Shown here one piece after another: positions 27,224 to 36,379 of a stretch of 45,848 bases of DNA. The notes beneath the pieces were generated by a model. It made no database searches, was not told where the DNA came from, and worked only from the letters and a program-made list of their open reading frames with translations. The stretch is from an uncultured Legionellaceae bacterium (lineage in GTDB: Bacteria; Pseudomonadota; Gammaproteobacteria; Legionellales; Legionellaceae). The number at the start of each line of letters is the position of its first letter. Positions within the stretch are counted from its first letter, which is position 1. The DNA lies in NCBI GenBank assembly GCA_964525945.1, contig CAZGKX010000015.1:1-45848 (forward strand), read 5' to 3'. The position numbers and the translations under genes are program-made.

Positions 27224-28814
27224 TGTCTGGGCCTAATAGTTTAATGATACCGGCTTTACGTAATTTGGAGTCCACCCGCGGCCGAGCACCGCATAAAATC
27301 ACCCGCACCCCCCGTTTTTGCAGATCCATAATCGCATCCTCGAGTGCTTGTAACCCGGTGATATCAATCAAAGGCACCCATCGCAAACGAATGATCAAAA
27401 TTTTAGGGTCAGTGTGCGTATTTTCTAAAGCACTCTCAAAATTATCGACAGCTCCGAAGAAAAATGGACCATCCACTGCATACACCAACACATCCGCAGG
27501 AACAGAGGGTAAGTTGAGTGCCGCATGCTCTTGGATTAAATGCTCGTCCGTTAACTGTTGCACTTCAACGCTGGCTGCCATTCTTAATAAAAAATGCAAG
27601 ACCGCTAAAATAACCCCAATGTTGACCGCGACGATTAAATCAACAAAAACCGTTAGAAAAAAGGTCACCAATAAAATGACAATATCCGCTCGCGGAGCAC
27701 GGCGAATCAACTTGATGCAATGCTTCACCTCACTCATGTTCCAAGCCACCACAAAAAGAATAGCAGCAAGTGCGGCTAAAGGCACGTGAACGGCCAAAGG
27801 GGCTAAAAATAAAAGAACCAGCACCAGCGTTAAGGCATGGACGATTCCCGCCAAAGGACTGCTGCCACCATTGCGAATATTGGTTGCTGTGCGTGCAATT
27901 GCGCCTGTCGCCGCAAAACCCCCAAATAGGGGAGCCACGATATTTGCTAGGCCTTGCCCCATCAGTTCCCGATTGGAATCATGGCGTGTACCCGCCATGC
28001 CATCCGCAACGACAGCCGACAACAAGGATTCGATGGCGCCAAGCATTGCGATCGTAAATGCCGGTCCAATTAACTCAAGCACGCGAGCAAAGGTGACCGC
28101 GGGAATTTGAAAAGCGGGAAGCCCCCGCGGGATTCCACCAAACGCACTGCCAATGGTTTTAACGTCGGCGAAATTAAACATAGCTTGAACAGCAGTCGCG
28201 ATCACCAATGCAATTAAAGGACCGGGGACGCGTTTTAGACATGAAATTTTATTGGAAAAAATCACGACACACAGTGAGCCAAGAGCCAACAACGTGGTGG
28301 TGAAGTTAAATTGTGGAAAAGTTTGCAATAAATGCCAAAATTTTTCATGAAAATGAGTTCCTGTGGGGGCTGGCAAGCCAAAAAAATATTGCCATTGCCC
28401 CACCCAAATCACAACCGCAATACCCGCGGTAAAACCAATGATGACGGGATAAGGAATAAATTTAATGACCGCGCCTAATCGAGCCAACCCCATTAAAAAT
28501 AACATAATACCGGCTAACACGGTTGCAATTTGCAAACCGTCAATGCCATATTGAGCGGTAATACCGACCAATACCACGATAAAAGCACCTGTCGGTCCAG
28601 CAATTTGCAAGCGACTGCCGCCAAAAATAGACACGATCAAACCGGCAACAATGGCGGTGTAAATGCCTTGCTCAGGTTTTGCTCCAGAAGCAATGGCAAA
28701 AGCCATTGCTAACGGCAAGGCCACCACACCCACAATGACCCCCGAAATAATATTGGGTAACCAAAATTTACGATGGAATAAACCGGCTTGATAAGATTCA
28801 ATGATGGTTTTCAT
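27174..28814 (-). CDS. SulP-family anion transporter with C-terminal STAS domain
   Basis: A multi-TM SulP core (GIYTAIVAGLIVSIFGGSRLQIAGPTGAFIVV; ELMGQGLANIVAPLFGGFAATGAIARTATN) is followed by a STAS-like tail (ILIIRLRWVPLIDITGLQALEDAI). Confidence 0.9.
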   Translation of the reverse strand: MKTIIESYQAGLFHRKFWLPNIISGVIVGVVALPLAMAFAIASGAKPEQGIYTAIVAGLIVSIFGGSRLQIAGPTGAFIVVLVGITAQYGIDGLQIATVLAGIMLFLMGLARLGAVIKFIPYPVIIGFTAGIAVVIWVGQWQYFFGLPAPTGTHFHEKFWHLLQTFPQFNFTTTLLALGSLCVVIFSNKISCLKRVPGPLIALVIATAVQAMFNFADVKTIGSAFGGIPRGLPAFQIPAVTFARVLELIGPAFTIAMLGAIESLLSAVVADGMAGTRHDSNRELMGQGLANIVAPLFGGFAATGAIARTATNIRNGGSSPLAGIVHALTLVLVLLFLAPLAVHVPLAALAAILFVVAWNMSEVKHCIKLIRRAPRADIVILLVTFFLTVFVDLIVAVNIGVILAVLHFLLRMAASVEVQQLTDEHLIQEHAALNLPSVPADVLVYAVDGPFFFGAVDNFESALENTHTDPKILIIRLRWVPLIDITGLQALEDAIMDLQKRGVRVILCGARPRVDSKLRKAGIIKLLGPDNVYKDYAQALAACNKR

Positions 28815-28847
28815 ACGTCAAGTTCTCCACATAACAATTAAATTTTA

Positions 28848-28867
28848 AACCCCATTGCAATTGGGTT
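28848..28867. promoter_or_regulatory. 20-bp near-perfect palindrome upstream of the SulP gene (candidate operator)
   Basis: AACCCCATTGCAATTGGGTT has 9 of 10 complementary half-site positions. It lies 34 nt upstream of the SulP start codon, in the divergent intergenic region shared with the ferritin-like gene. Confidence 0.3.
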
Positions 28868-29039
28868 GTTACGTACCCCCTCAAGCATGACTGTATATTC
28901 TACCCGAAGAACTTGGTGTTTAACCATTGCCAATGAAAAGTATTTGGAGCTACTACTTTTTTTACCAATCTCCGGAACAATAAAAGCAGACTATACTATA
29001 GAGAAATAAAGGAAACTCATTCGTAAAGGAGAACATCAC

Positions 29040-29570
29040 ATGAACAAACCCACAACAGCAGTATTCGATCTTGAAGCAATTAAAAATATGGCCAAGCAAT
29101 CCCTTGATGAGGGCGCAGTCACCCAAGATTATTCGCTTGATATTCAAGAAGCCTGCCAATTATTAAATTCTGCATTGGCCACCGAAATCATGTGCGTGCT
29201 CCGTTATCGCCATCACCAAATCATTGCCAAAGGCATTGATAAACCCCAAGTCGCCGCAGAATTTGCCGAACACGCTATGGATGAAGAGCGGCATATGATG
29301 ATGTTGGCGGAACGCATTAGTCAACTGGGTGGCGATCCAGATTTTAACCCAGCGACCGTCACAGCAAGAACCGCAACAGATTATGGCTCGAACACTGATT
29401 TGTTAAAATTAATCGAAGAAAATTTAATCGCTGAACGCATTGCCATCATGGTTTATCGTAAAATGATTGACTGGTTCGGCACAAAAGATCCCACCACTCG
29501 TCGCATGTTGGAAGAAATTTTACAAGATGAGGAAGAGCATGCAGAAGATTTGTCGGATTTGTGCCATTAA
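29040..29570 (+). CDS. Ferritin-like / bacterioferritin-family protein
   Basis: Strong RBS (AAGGAG, 8 nt). The four-helix di-iron ligand pattern is present: LATEIMCVLRY, EFAEHAMDEERHMMML, NLIAERIAI, ILQDEEEHAEDL (E, ExxH, E, ExxH). Confidence 0.75.
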   Translation: MNKPTTAVFDLEAIKNMAKQSLDEGAVTQDYSLDIQEACQLLNSALATEIMCVLRYRHHQIIAKGIDKPQVAAEFAEHAMDEERHMMMLAERISQLGGDPDFNPATVTARTATDYGSNTDLLKLIEENLIAERIAIMVYRKMIDWFGTKDPTTRRMLEEILQDEEEHAEDLSDLCH

Positions 29571-29598
29571 TAGAGTAGTGTTGCTCGATGCCAAAGAT

Positions 29599-29618
29599 GG
29601 ATCACCCGTTGGTGATCC
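29599..29618. terminator. Hairpin between convergent genes (weak bidirectional terminator candidate)
   Basis: GGATCACC-CGTT-GGTGATCC forms an 8-bp perfect stem with a 4-nt loop. It sits between the ferritin-like stop (29570) and the stop of the minus-strand gene (29631). No clear T-tract is present on either side. Confidence 0.35.
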
Positions 29619-29630
29619 AGAACACCATCG

Positions 29631-30722
29631 TTAAAATGTCATTTTAGAGTTCGGACTTAATTTGTGATTGGTGTACTCCAATACATCATGCACTAACGCA
29701 TCCATAGCTTCTTTATGCTCGCCGGTAAAACGCTCCATTTTCTTCAACAGTAGGCTTTGAGCACCGGCAGCGCTTAACTTTGTCCCTCCACGCAATTGAC
29801 TGGACAAAGCTTCTAAGACTGTTGACATTTTATTGGCATTTAGACCTGAAGCTGTTGGAATATATGATTTTAATTGATTGATTTTATTAAAAAATCCCAA
29901 CTCTGTGTGCGCATCAATATCGTCATGCTCAATGGCTTCGACCAATTTTTTCAAAGAGACTGAGCTGAGCAAGTATTTTAATTCTGGAACATTCCAATCA
30001 AGATGGGCTGCCTTCATTTCACAAACTAAAAACCAAGTGCCCGCTCCCTCATAAAAAGAATGGATGCTCAGAGCCACTTCGCGGCGTTGTTGATCGGTTG
30101 GGTCCTTGGCTGTAGCAGGATAGCGCGCCAGAATAGCATCAAGTTGAGGCTTGAACACACTTCGACCCGTCGTGTTACTTAATGGTTCATGGGGTGCCTT
30201 GCTAGTGACTGCGTTGGCTAGTAAGGGCGTTTCATTGGCTTTTTTACCCATGAGCCCAAATCGACTTAATCCTGATGTGATGCTATTCAAACCCGTTTTA
30301 ACATCGCGCGGCAACATTGCTTTTGCACCAGAATCCATTTTACCGCTGTCACTGAGCTTGGCAATTTGAGCATCCCTGGCAATTTGCTCAAAATAAGCTT
30401 TACAGTTTCTGTAAAGCACTTTGTTGTCTAAGTCATAGCGTTGTCCCAATTTAGAAACCCAATCACCCATGTTATCAATGGTGTCACGGATACTGATGAT
30501 GCTATTCCAATCTTGTTTAGGCATAAAATAGTCATTCACATAATCTTGGCATTCGGGGTAGGCGGCAGCTAATTTAAAAGATTTTTCTGCCATTTCGTAA
30601 ACTGATTTTATGGATTTTCTGAGACCAGGCGTTTGGATAATTATTTTATCTGGAACAGAAGACGGTATAATAAGGCCCACTGATTTAGCAGAAATAACCG
30701 CATCTTGTAGAACATGCGGCAT
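29631..30722 (-). CDS. Orphan 363-aa protein (effector-like); in frame with the upstream ORF across a single TGA
   Basis: An uninterrupted ORF with no recognisable motifs. The 23 codons upstream of its ATG are sense codons running up to the TGA that ends ORF 30792-31232, in the same frame. Confidence 0.55.
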   Translation of the reverse strand: MPHVLQDAVISAKSVGLIIPSSVPDKIIIQTPGLRKSIKSVYEMAEKSFKLAAAYPECQDYVNDYFMPKQDWNSIISIRDTIDNMGDWVSKLGQRYDLDNKVLYRNCKAYFEQIARDAQIAKLSDSGKMDSGAKAMLPRDVKTGLNSITSGLSRFGLMGKKANETPLLANAVTSKAPHEPLSNTTGRSVFKPQLDAILARYPATAKDPTDQQRREVALSIHSFYEGAGTWFLVCEMKAAHLDWNVPELKYLLSSVSLKKLVEAIEHDDIDAHTELGFFNKINQLKSYIPTASGLNANKMSTVLEALSSQLRGGTKLSAAGAQSLLLKKMERFTGEHKEAMDALVHDVLEYTNHKLSPNSKMTF

Positions 30723-30791
30723 TGCACCCGCTTGGAAAGCTTCCGCAGTTTGCCGATAGGGGCGCGCTTTTTGATGGGGGTTGACGACGGT

Positions 30792-31232
30792 TCAGATGGG
30801 CATCAAACTTTTCAACACCACCCATAACGGTGAATGATCCTTACTGGCCAATTCATCCAAAGCGTTCAAGTCAAAAAATTTGCGGTTGATTGGAAATTTA
30901 TTTCTATCCATTTCTAGAACACCAAAAGCTCGATAAGCCAGATCAGCATCAAGCAAATCCACTCCGGCAGGCAAACGAGCTGGATCTTGATTTATTTTAA
31001 AAGATCCACCTTCTTCGATAAAATATTCAGGAAAACATTCCAACAATATTGTTTTAACCGTTACCTCAAAAAGAAAATTGGCATCCCGCTCTTCGCTATT
31101 AGCCTGTTTCACATCGTCATCAAAATTGAGAAGCCGCCTTAGTATGAAATCCTTTTTGTCTCCCCGACCTTGGGCTTCTCTGTCCCTCGCTTCAGACAAT
31201 ACTGTTTGAATGATTTCTGCTTCGCTTCGCAT
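30792..31232 (-). CDS. Orphan 146-aa protein; possibly the N-terminal part of a 533-codon gene interrupted by TGA
   Basis: An ORF with no recognisable motifs. 31232 minus 30722 is 510, which is 170 x 3, so it shares a frame with the downstream ORF. Confidence 0.5.
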   Translation of the reverse strand: MRSEAEIIQTVLSEARDREAQGRGDKKDFILRRLLNFDDDVKQANSEERDANFLFEVTVKTILLECFPEYFIEEGGSFKINQDPARLPAGVDLLDADLAYRAFGVLEMDRNKFPINRKFFDLNALDELASKDHSPLWVVLKSLMPI

Positions 31233-31416
31233 AAAAATACCCTCTAAATACTCAATTTGATCCGTATACGAACAATTATAGATGGTTATTTAAAAACTTG
31301 CTTTCGATCACATGTGACCCCATGAAAGAGGCCTTGTTTAGAACAGCTCTTTTGAACACGGAGCAGAAATTCCAGCAAGGATTTACACAGCATTGAAAAA
31401 TTGCCATCATTGCTTG

Positions 31417-32763
31417 ATGAAAAAAAATACCTCCTACATCATTATTTTGTTCCTCTTGGGACTGCTTGGCTTTGCAAGTCAATATTTACTTAATATTTAT
31501 TTAGCACACCGTTTAAGCCTTGAAATATTCGGGGAATATAGTCTGGCCATGAAAACCATGGAATTGATTGTTTGTCTGACTCTATTTGGAACCGATGTAG
31601 GATCCGTGTGCTATTTGTCAAAGTACCTGTTAGCAAACAATGAGGCCACCATTCAAGACTACATCGCTTGGAATATAAAACTGGTTGGCTTAAATGTGTT
31701 GATTCTAAGGATTTTGGTTTGGATTTTATTTCTAGGAATGTTAGGTTTGCAACTCTCTGGGCACAATACGATGAAAGATTACCCACTTATTGTCTTTGTG
31801 TTGTGGGTCACCCCATTTGCCGTATCGTGTAAATTATTGAACAGTTTTTTATTAAGTTACAACATTGTTTTTAGCGCGCTTTTTCTTAACAATGTGCTTA
31901 TTTACTTGATTGAATTTTTGTTTTTTATAGGTATATTTGAACTTCTTCACCACCACCCTGCCTTTGTGCTGTTAGCGATTATTTTAGCTGGAGCGTATTC
32001 CATTGTTTCTATTATCAGCTCCGCCAAATTAACAAAGGAAGCCCGTCATTTTATTTATATGGGTTTTAAGCAACTTCGTACCACCTCGCTGCGTTCTCAC
32101 GATTGGTTTCCTAAATCGGGAAAAATCATTCTAAACAGCATCATTTTTTTGTTCATTTGCTCGTTGGATTTGTTTATCATTCGATTTTTTTCGCCGAATT
32201 ATCATGATGTCAGCTATTATGCTGCAGTATTAAGCATTACCTCTATTTTGGGTTTGGTGCCCAAAAATCTTTATCAAAAGATAAAACCAACCATGGCGTT
32301 TGAATTAACAACGCCGTCAGGGCGAATGGAATTACAAAAAAAACTCAATGATACCAATAAAATTGTCTTCATCATCATGACCTTGCTCGCCGCAGGAATC
32401 ATTGTTTTTTCAATACCCCTTTTGATGCTTTTTGGCGCTCATTATACACACGCCCACACCGCTCTCATTATCTTGACGATCGGCACATGGTATACAGGCC
32501 TGAATCAAATTTCGGGTGTCATATTGCTGTATGCGGATTTTGAGGAATTGGCATTAAATTTGGCATTGTTTGAATTGTTTTTAATTTTTCTTTTCACCGT
32601 ACCTGCAACGTATTTTTATGGCATAAATGGCACCGCCACAGCTACGGCACTGGTGTATATGATCAATGGCGTCATATGCAGTATAACAGTCAAAAGAAAG
32701 CTGGGCATTCAAAATATGATCATTCCAGGCTACATCAAAACAACCGTTCCCCCCCTTCAATAA
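31417..32763 (+). CDS. Polytopic membrane protein, oligosaccharide/polysaccharide flippase-like (MOP/Wzx superfamily)
   Basis: It is about 450 aa and almost entirely TM helices (12 or more), with short basic loops. The N-terminal pattern (LNIYLAHRLSLEIFGEYSLAMK) resembles the Wzx / polysaccharide-biosynthesis family. The ATG at 31417 is preferred over the TTG at 31393. Confidence 0.55.
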   Translation: MKKNTSYIIILFLLGLLGFASQYLLNIYLAHRLSLEIFGEYSLAMKTMELIVCLTLFGTDVGSVCYLSKYLLANNEATIQDYIAWNIKLVGLNVLILRILVWILFLGMLGLQLSGHNTMKDYPLIVFVLWVTPFAVSCKLLNSFLLSYNIVFSALFLNNVLIYLIEFLFFIGIFELLHHHPAFVLLAIILAGAYSIVSIISSAKLTKEARHFIYMGFKQLRTTSLRSHDWFPKSGKIILNSIIFLFICSLDLFIIRFFSPNYHDVSYYAAVLSITSILGLVPKNLYQKIKPTMAFELTTPSGRMELQKKLNDTNKIVFIIMTLLAAGIIVFSIPLLMLFGAHYTHAHTALIILTIGTWYTGLNQISGVILLYADFEELALNLALFELFLIFLFTVPATYFYGINGTATATALVYMINGVICSITVKRKLGIQNMIIPGYIKTTVPPLQ

Positions 32764-32795
32764 CCGTGTTAAGAAGTGGGAGGAGTAGTTATGCC

Positions 32796-34106
32796 TTACT
32801 GATGCGTGGTGCTGCTTTGATGGGCAGCACGCAGAGGGGCTGCCACAGATAAACGTGCAGCAATTTGAGCGTGCACACCCACCCCAACACAATGGCTTGC
32901 TGTGTCATCACAAAATACATCACTGAATAAAGACGCGCTGGGAAAAGAATCCGACGACAATTTCTCCCACGACGCGGCTCCATTGATTGTGGTAAAAACG
33001 ACCGCCTTAAGAATAGGGATGGTTTTTACTTTTTTGTAATCCCAGCCCACCGCATGGCAAAATTGGCCCATCTCATCGCAATCCAAAGCATTTAAATATA
33101 GATCCAGACCGTCAGAGGGAATATGGGTTTGTTTACCCCACGCTTTGCCACCATTTTTAGTGGTGAACGAAAATGATTTTTTTTGATAGGTGTCCACATT
33201 CACCGTATACCCAATCACTGTGCACAATTTCCCTGAAGCATCACAAGCCGCGGCAGTCACTGTACTGGCATTGTTATCGTTCACGGGAGTAGGCAGTATA
33301 ACTGGTGCACTCCAGGTCACCCCAGCATCTTTGGTTGAATAAACAATGGGCTTATCAGAATACCTTAAGGACAACCATGAGTTGGCCGTCATGACAGAAC
33401 CTACCGCAATACAATTTCGCCCTGATTGACCACAAGCGATGCTATTTAATGCTGTGCCAGTGTAATCCAAAGAGCTGGGGGCCGTCCAATAGGGCTGCTG
33501 CAGCTGGTCAAATCGAGACCAATTTTGGCCGGCGTTTTTTGAGAGATACAACAAAGGAACAGCGCCTTTCCTGCTGATGAAAGTACCTGCAATTTTGCAA
33601 TTCAAGCCCGTTTGATCGCAAGTCACTTTGACCGAAACGGTATCATTCGAATGCGGGATTTTTTTGTTAATTATTTTTGGCAATCCGAGAACTTGCGGTT
33701 TGCTCCAAGTGAATCCTCGATCCTGGGTGGTATAAACAACCGGAACAGGCACATTCTGAACAAAAGCAGAGCTCACCACCACACAAGACATGCCGGAATC
33801 ATTGCAACTCAAAGATTGCACCAAACTTGAATCATTCGGCGTTGACTCCTTTTCAACGGAGGGCAAATCCATGGCATCACTCCAGGTATTGCCACCATCT
33901 TGAGACATATAGACAAGACGAGGATTACTATTCAGCTCGGTTTTGCCACCGATGGCCATGCACAATGTAGCGGATTTATCACAAGAAACCGCTGCAAAAT
34001 TGTCGAAAGAAGAGGTGAATTGCAACGAATTAGGATCTGCCGCTGTATCGGCCAGGCAAGGTGAAAGAAACACGCTAAATAAACATATACTGAAAATTTT
34101 ATTCAT
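32796..34106 (-). CDS. Secreted BNR/Asp-box repeat beta-propeller (sialidase-fold / Ycf48-like) protein
   Basis: Signal peptide MNKIFSICLFSVFLSPCLA. Six Asp-box-like motifs: SQDGGNTWS, TQDRGFTWS, SKNAGQNWS, STKDAGVTWS, TTKNGGKAWG, TTINGAASWE. Each blade also carries a CxxxGxxC motif. Confidence 0.75.
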   Translation of the reverse strand: MNKIFSICLFSVFLSPCLADTAADPNSLQFTSSFDNFAAVSCDKSATLCMAIGGKTELNSNPRLVYMSQDGGNTWSDAMDLPSVEKESTPNDSSLVQSLSCNDSGMSCVVVSSAFVQNVPVPVVYTTQDRGFTWSKPQVLGLPKIINKKIPHSNDTVSVKVTCDQTGLNCKIAGTFISRKGAVPLLYLSKNAGQNWSRFDQLQQPYWTAPSSLDYTGTALNSIACGQSGRNCIAVGSVMTANSWLSLRYSDKPIVYSTKDAGVTWSAPVILPTPVNDNNASTVTAAACDASGKLCTVIGYTVNVDTYQKKSFSFTTKNGGKAWGKQTHIPSDGLDLYLNALDCDEMGQFCHAVGWDYKKVKTIPILKAVVFTTINGAASWEKLSSDSFPSASLFSDVFCDDTASHCVGVGVHAQIAARLSVAAPLRAAHQSSTTHQ

Positions 34107-34241
34107 AAAATACCTTCAATGCCAGCAAATATACCGATGGCTCTTATCCAAAATGACAAGCGCCAATTGTACATTTATTTGCAAGATGAATCAATTGAAA
34201 AGCAATGGACCCATCATGAGGCAAACTTCAAGAGACAAACC

Positions 34242-35066
34242 CTAGCATATGACGCATTGTTGTTTCTCGTCTTCTTGTTGAGAATCAACATTCATGATCC
34301 GCCCCTTTGCTACAGCTCGGGAAGGTGAGCCAGGGGAAGACGCCGCTTTGGAAAAGACGGTGTGTTGTAGCAATCCATCAATATTAATTTTTACATAATC
34401 CCCATCATTTCCATCCAATTCTTCTTTTTCTATTGCTTGGTGCGATTGTTGACCCAGAGCTTCGTCTTCCAAATTTTGGCTGGATGATTCCATGGATGGT
34501 AACAATATGTTGGACGAATCGCTCGGTTCAACCACTGCATTTAATTTTACCTGTGACTCTGCATCGGGATTTAATGAAAGGATTGCTTGGTTCATCTCAT
34601 GAAGGATGGCCTTTAACTGAATTTTATCAATTTGAGGAAAGGCTGTGACAAGCAACGTTTCTATCGTTGCCAATTCATTGATTGGCGGGTGCTTTTTCAA
34701 GTTTTCAAGGATTCTTTTATTTCTTTCACCGAGAAAATCTTTTATTTTGTCGCTGACATCATGATCATTTTTGAAAGAAGACAAAATGCTTCGGGCCGAT
34801 TCCATGGCCTGTTTTTTTATCGCTGATTTGGAAGGTTGTTTCTTTAACGTGGATTCGTAAGCATTGGCTATTAGCCTTGATAAACGCCCAACAGCGCCCA
34901 AAACCGTGCGCTGAACAGGCGTTAAATCTGTAGCATAAGGAGGCTCATAAGCAAGACCAAGTGCGGTGGCTGCCTCCGTTATCGATAAGCGCTTGAGCAC
35001 AACAAACGCAAATTTATCTGTTGTCGATAATGAAGGATGGGATGCTAATAATCGGTGTAAAATCAT
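34242..35066 (-). CDS. Orphan 274-aa protein ending in the CaaX box CVIC (candidate host-prenylated effector)
   Basis: The C-terminus is ...DSQQEDEKQQCVIC followed by the stop. The tail is acidic and Glu-rich just before the motif. No other domain is recognised. Confidence 0.6.
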   Translation of the reverse strand: MILHRLLASHPSLSTTDKFAFVVLKRLSITEAATALGLAYEPPYATDLTPVQRTVLGAVGRLSRLIANAYESTLKKQPSKSAIKKQAMESARSILSSFKNDHDVSDKIKDFLGERNKRILENLKKHPPINELATIETLLVTAFPQIDKIQLKAILHEMNQAILSLNPDAESQVKLNAVVEPSDSSNILLPSMESSSQNLEDEALGQQSHQAIEKEELDGNDGDYVKINIDGLLQHTVFSKAASSPGSPSRAVAKGRIMNVDSQQEDEKQQCVIC

Positions 35067-35210
35067 GGTAGGAAGCTCCTTAGATCAATGTCCAGATAAG
35101 TTAACGCTAACCCATCTTATCGTCAATTTTATTTTGGTTAAAAAAATGAGACGGCTTGATGAAGAATTCGACAAATAAGGGGGCCATATTTTAAATAACA
35201 GGTGATCAAG

Positions 35211-36257
35211 TTACGTGTGTTGCAAAGAACTCATATCAACCACAAAACGGTATTTCACATCACTGTTAAGCATGCGTTCATACGCTTCGTTAAGATATTG
35301 AATAGGGATTAATTCAATGTCACACGTGATGTGATGTTTCCCGCAATAATCCAACATCTCTTGCGTTTCAGCAATGCCACCGATTAAAGACCCAGAGAGT
35401 TTTTTGCGCCCTTTGATCAGACTAAACGTCCCTATTTGCAAAGGTTCTGGCGCAATCCCCAGCATGCACAATGTTTTTTCGGGTTTTAACAACGCCATGT
35501 ACGCTTCCAGATGATGCCGCGCAGAAGTCGTATCGAGAATGAAATCAAAACGATTGCTGTGCTTTGCCATTTCATCAACATCGGTGGATAAAACCACCTC
35601 ATCGGCCCCCATGCGCAACGCATCAGCTCTTTTTTGCGGTGATGCAGTAAACACAACCACATGTGCACCAAACGCACGTGCAAATTTTACAGCCATGTGC
35701 CCCAACCCACCCAAACCCACCACACCGATCGTATCATTTTCACCAATCTGCCAATGTTTAAGGGGCGAATACGTGGTGATGCCAGCACATAACAACGGGG
35801 CCGCAGCGGCTAAATTTAGATGTTTAGGCATGTTCAGAACAAATTTTTCATGCACCACAATGTTGTCGGAATAACCACCCTTGGTGACCGTGCCGTCGGC
35901 GTCCATGCTGTTGTAAGTAAAAACCGTTGCCGGGCAATATTGTTCAAGATCATCGCTGCAAGCATCGCAATGCCCACAAGAGCCAACCATACAGCCGACG
36001 CCCACCACTTCACCTTCTTGAAAGCGAATCACTTTGGCGCCAACTTTTGCCACCACCCCCACGATCTCATGCCCAGGCACCAAAGGATAAATCGCGCCGC
36101 CCCATTCATTGCGGACCGTATGAATATCGGAATGACAAACACCGCAATAGTGAATTTTAATATGAACATCAAATTCACCGAGTGCCCTTCGCTCAAATTC
36201 ATAATATTTTAATGGTGTATTGGCATCCCAACCGGCATAACCTTTTGACTTGATCAT
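35211..36257 (-). CDS. Zn-dependent NAD(P) alcohol dehydrogenase (YahK / cinnamyl-alcohol-dehydrogenase-like)
   Basis: YCGVCHSDIH, GHEIVGVV, the GSCGHCDACSDDLEQYC structural-Zn loop, and GVVGLGGLGHMAVKFA. The ATG at 36257 (MIKSKGY) has AGGA 8 nt upstream. The track start at 36296 adds 13 residues. Confidence 0.9.
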   Translation of the reverse strand: MIKSKGYAGWDANTPLKYYEFERRALGEFDVHIKIHYCGVCHSDIHTVRNEWGGAIYPLVPGHEIVGVVAKVGAKVIRFQEGEVVGVGCMVGSCGHCDACSDDLEQYCPATVFTYNSMDADGTVTKGGYSDNIVVHEKFVLNMPKHLNLAAAAPLLCAGITTYSPLKHWQIGENDTIGVVGLGGLGHMAVKFARAFGAHVVVFTASPQKRADALRMGADEVVLSTDVDEMAKHSNRFDFILDTTSARHHLEAYMALLKPEKTLCMLGIAPEPLQIGTFSLIKGRKKLSGSLIGGIAETQEMLDYCGKHHITCDIELIPIQYLNEAYERMLNSDVKYRFVVDMSSLQHT

Positions 36258-36379
36258 GAGCATTGTCCTTACAACTTGTGGTTGATTGCTCATCATCAGA
36301 TGAACGGTTCAAAACTTCAAGCATTATACATAGGACTGAGCTTATTTTTTTACTTCGAAGTACTTTAGGCTTTGCATAC

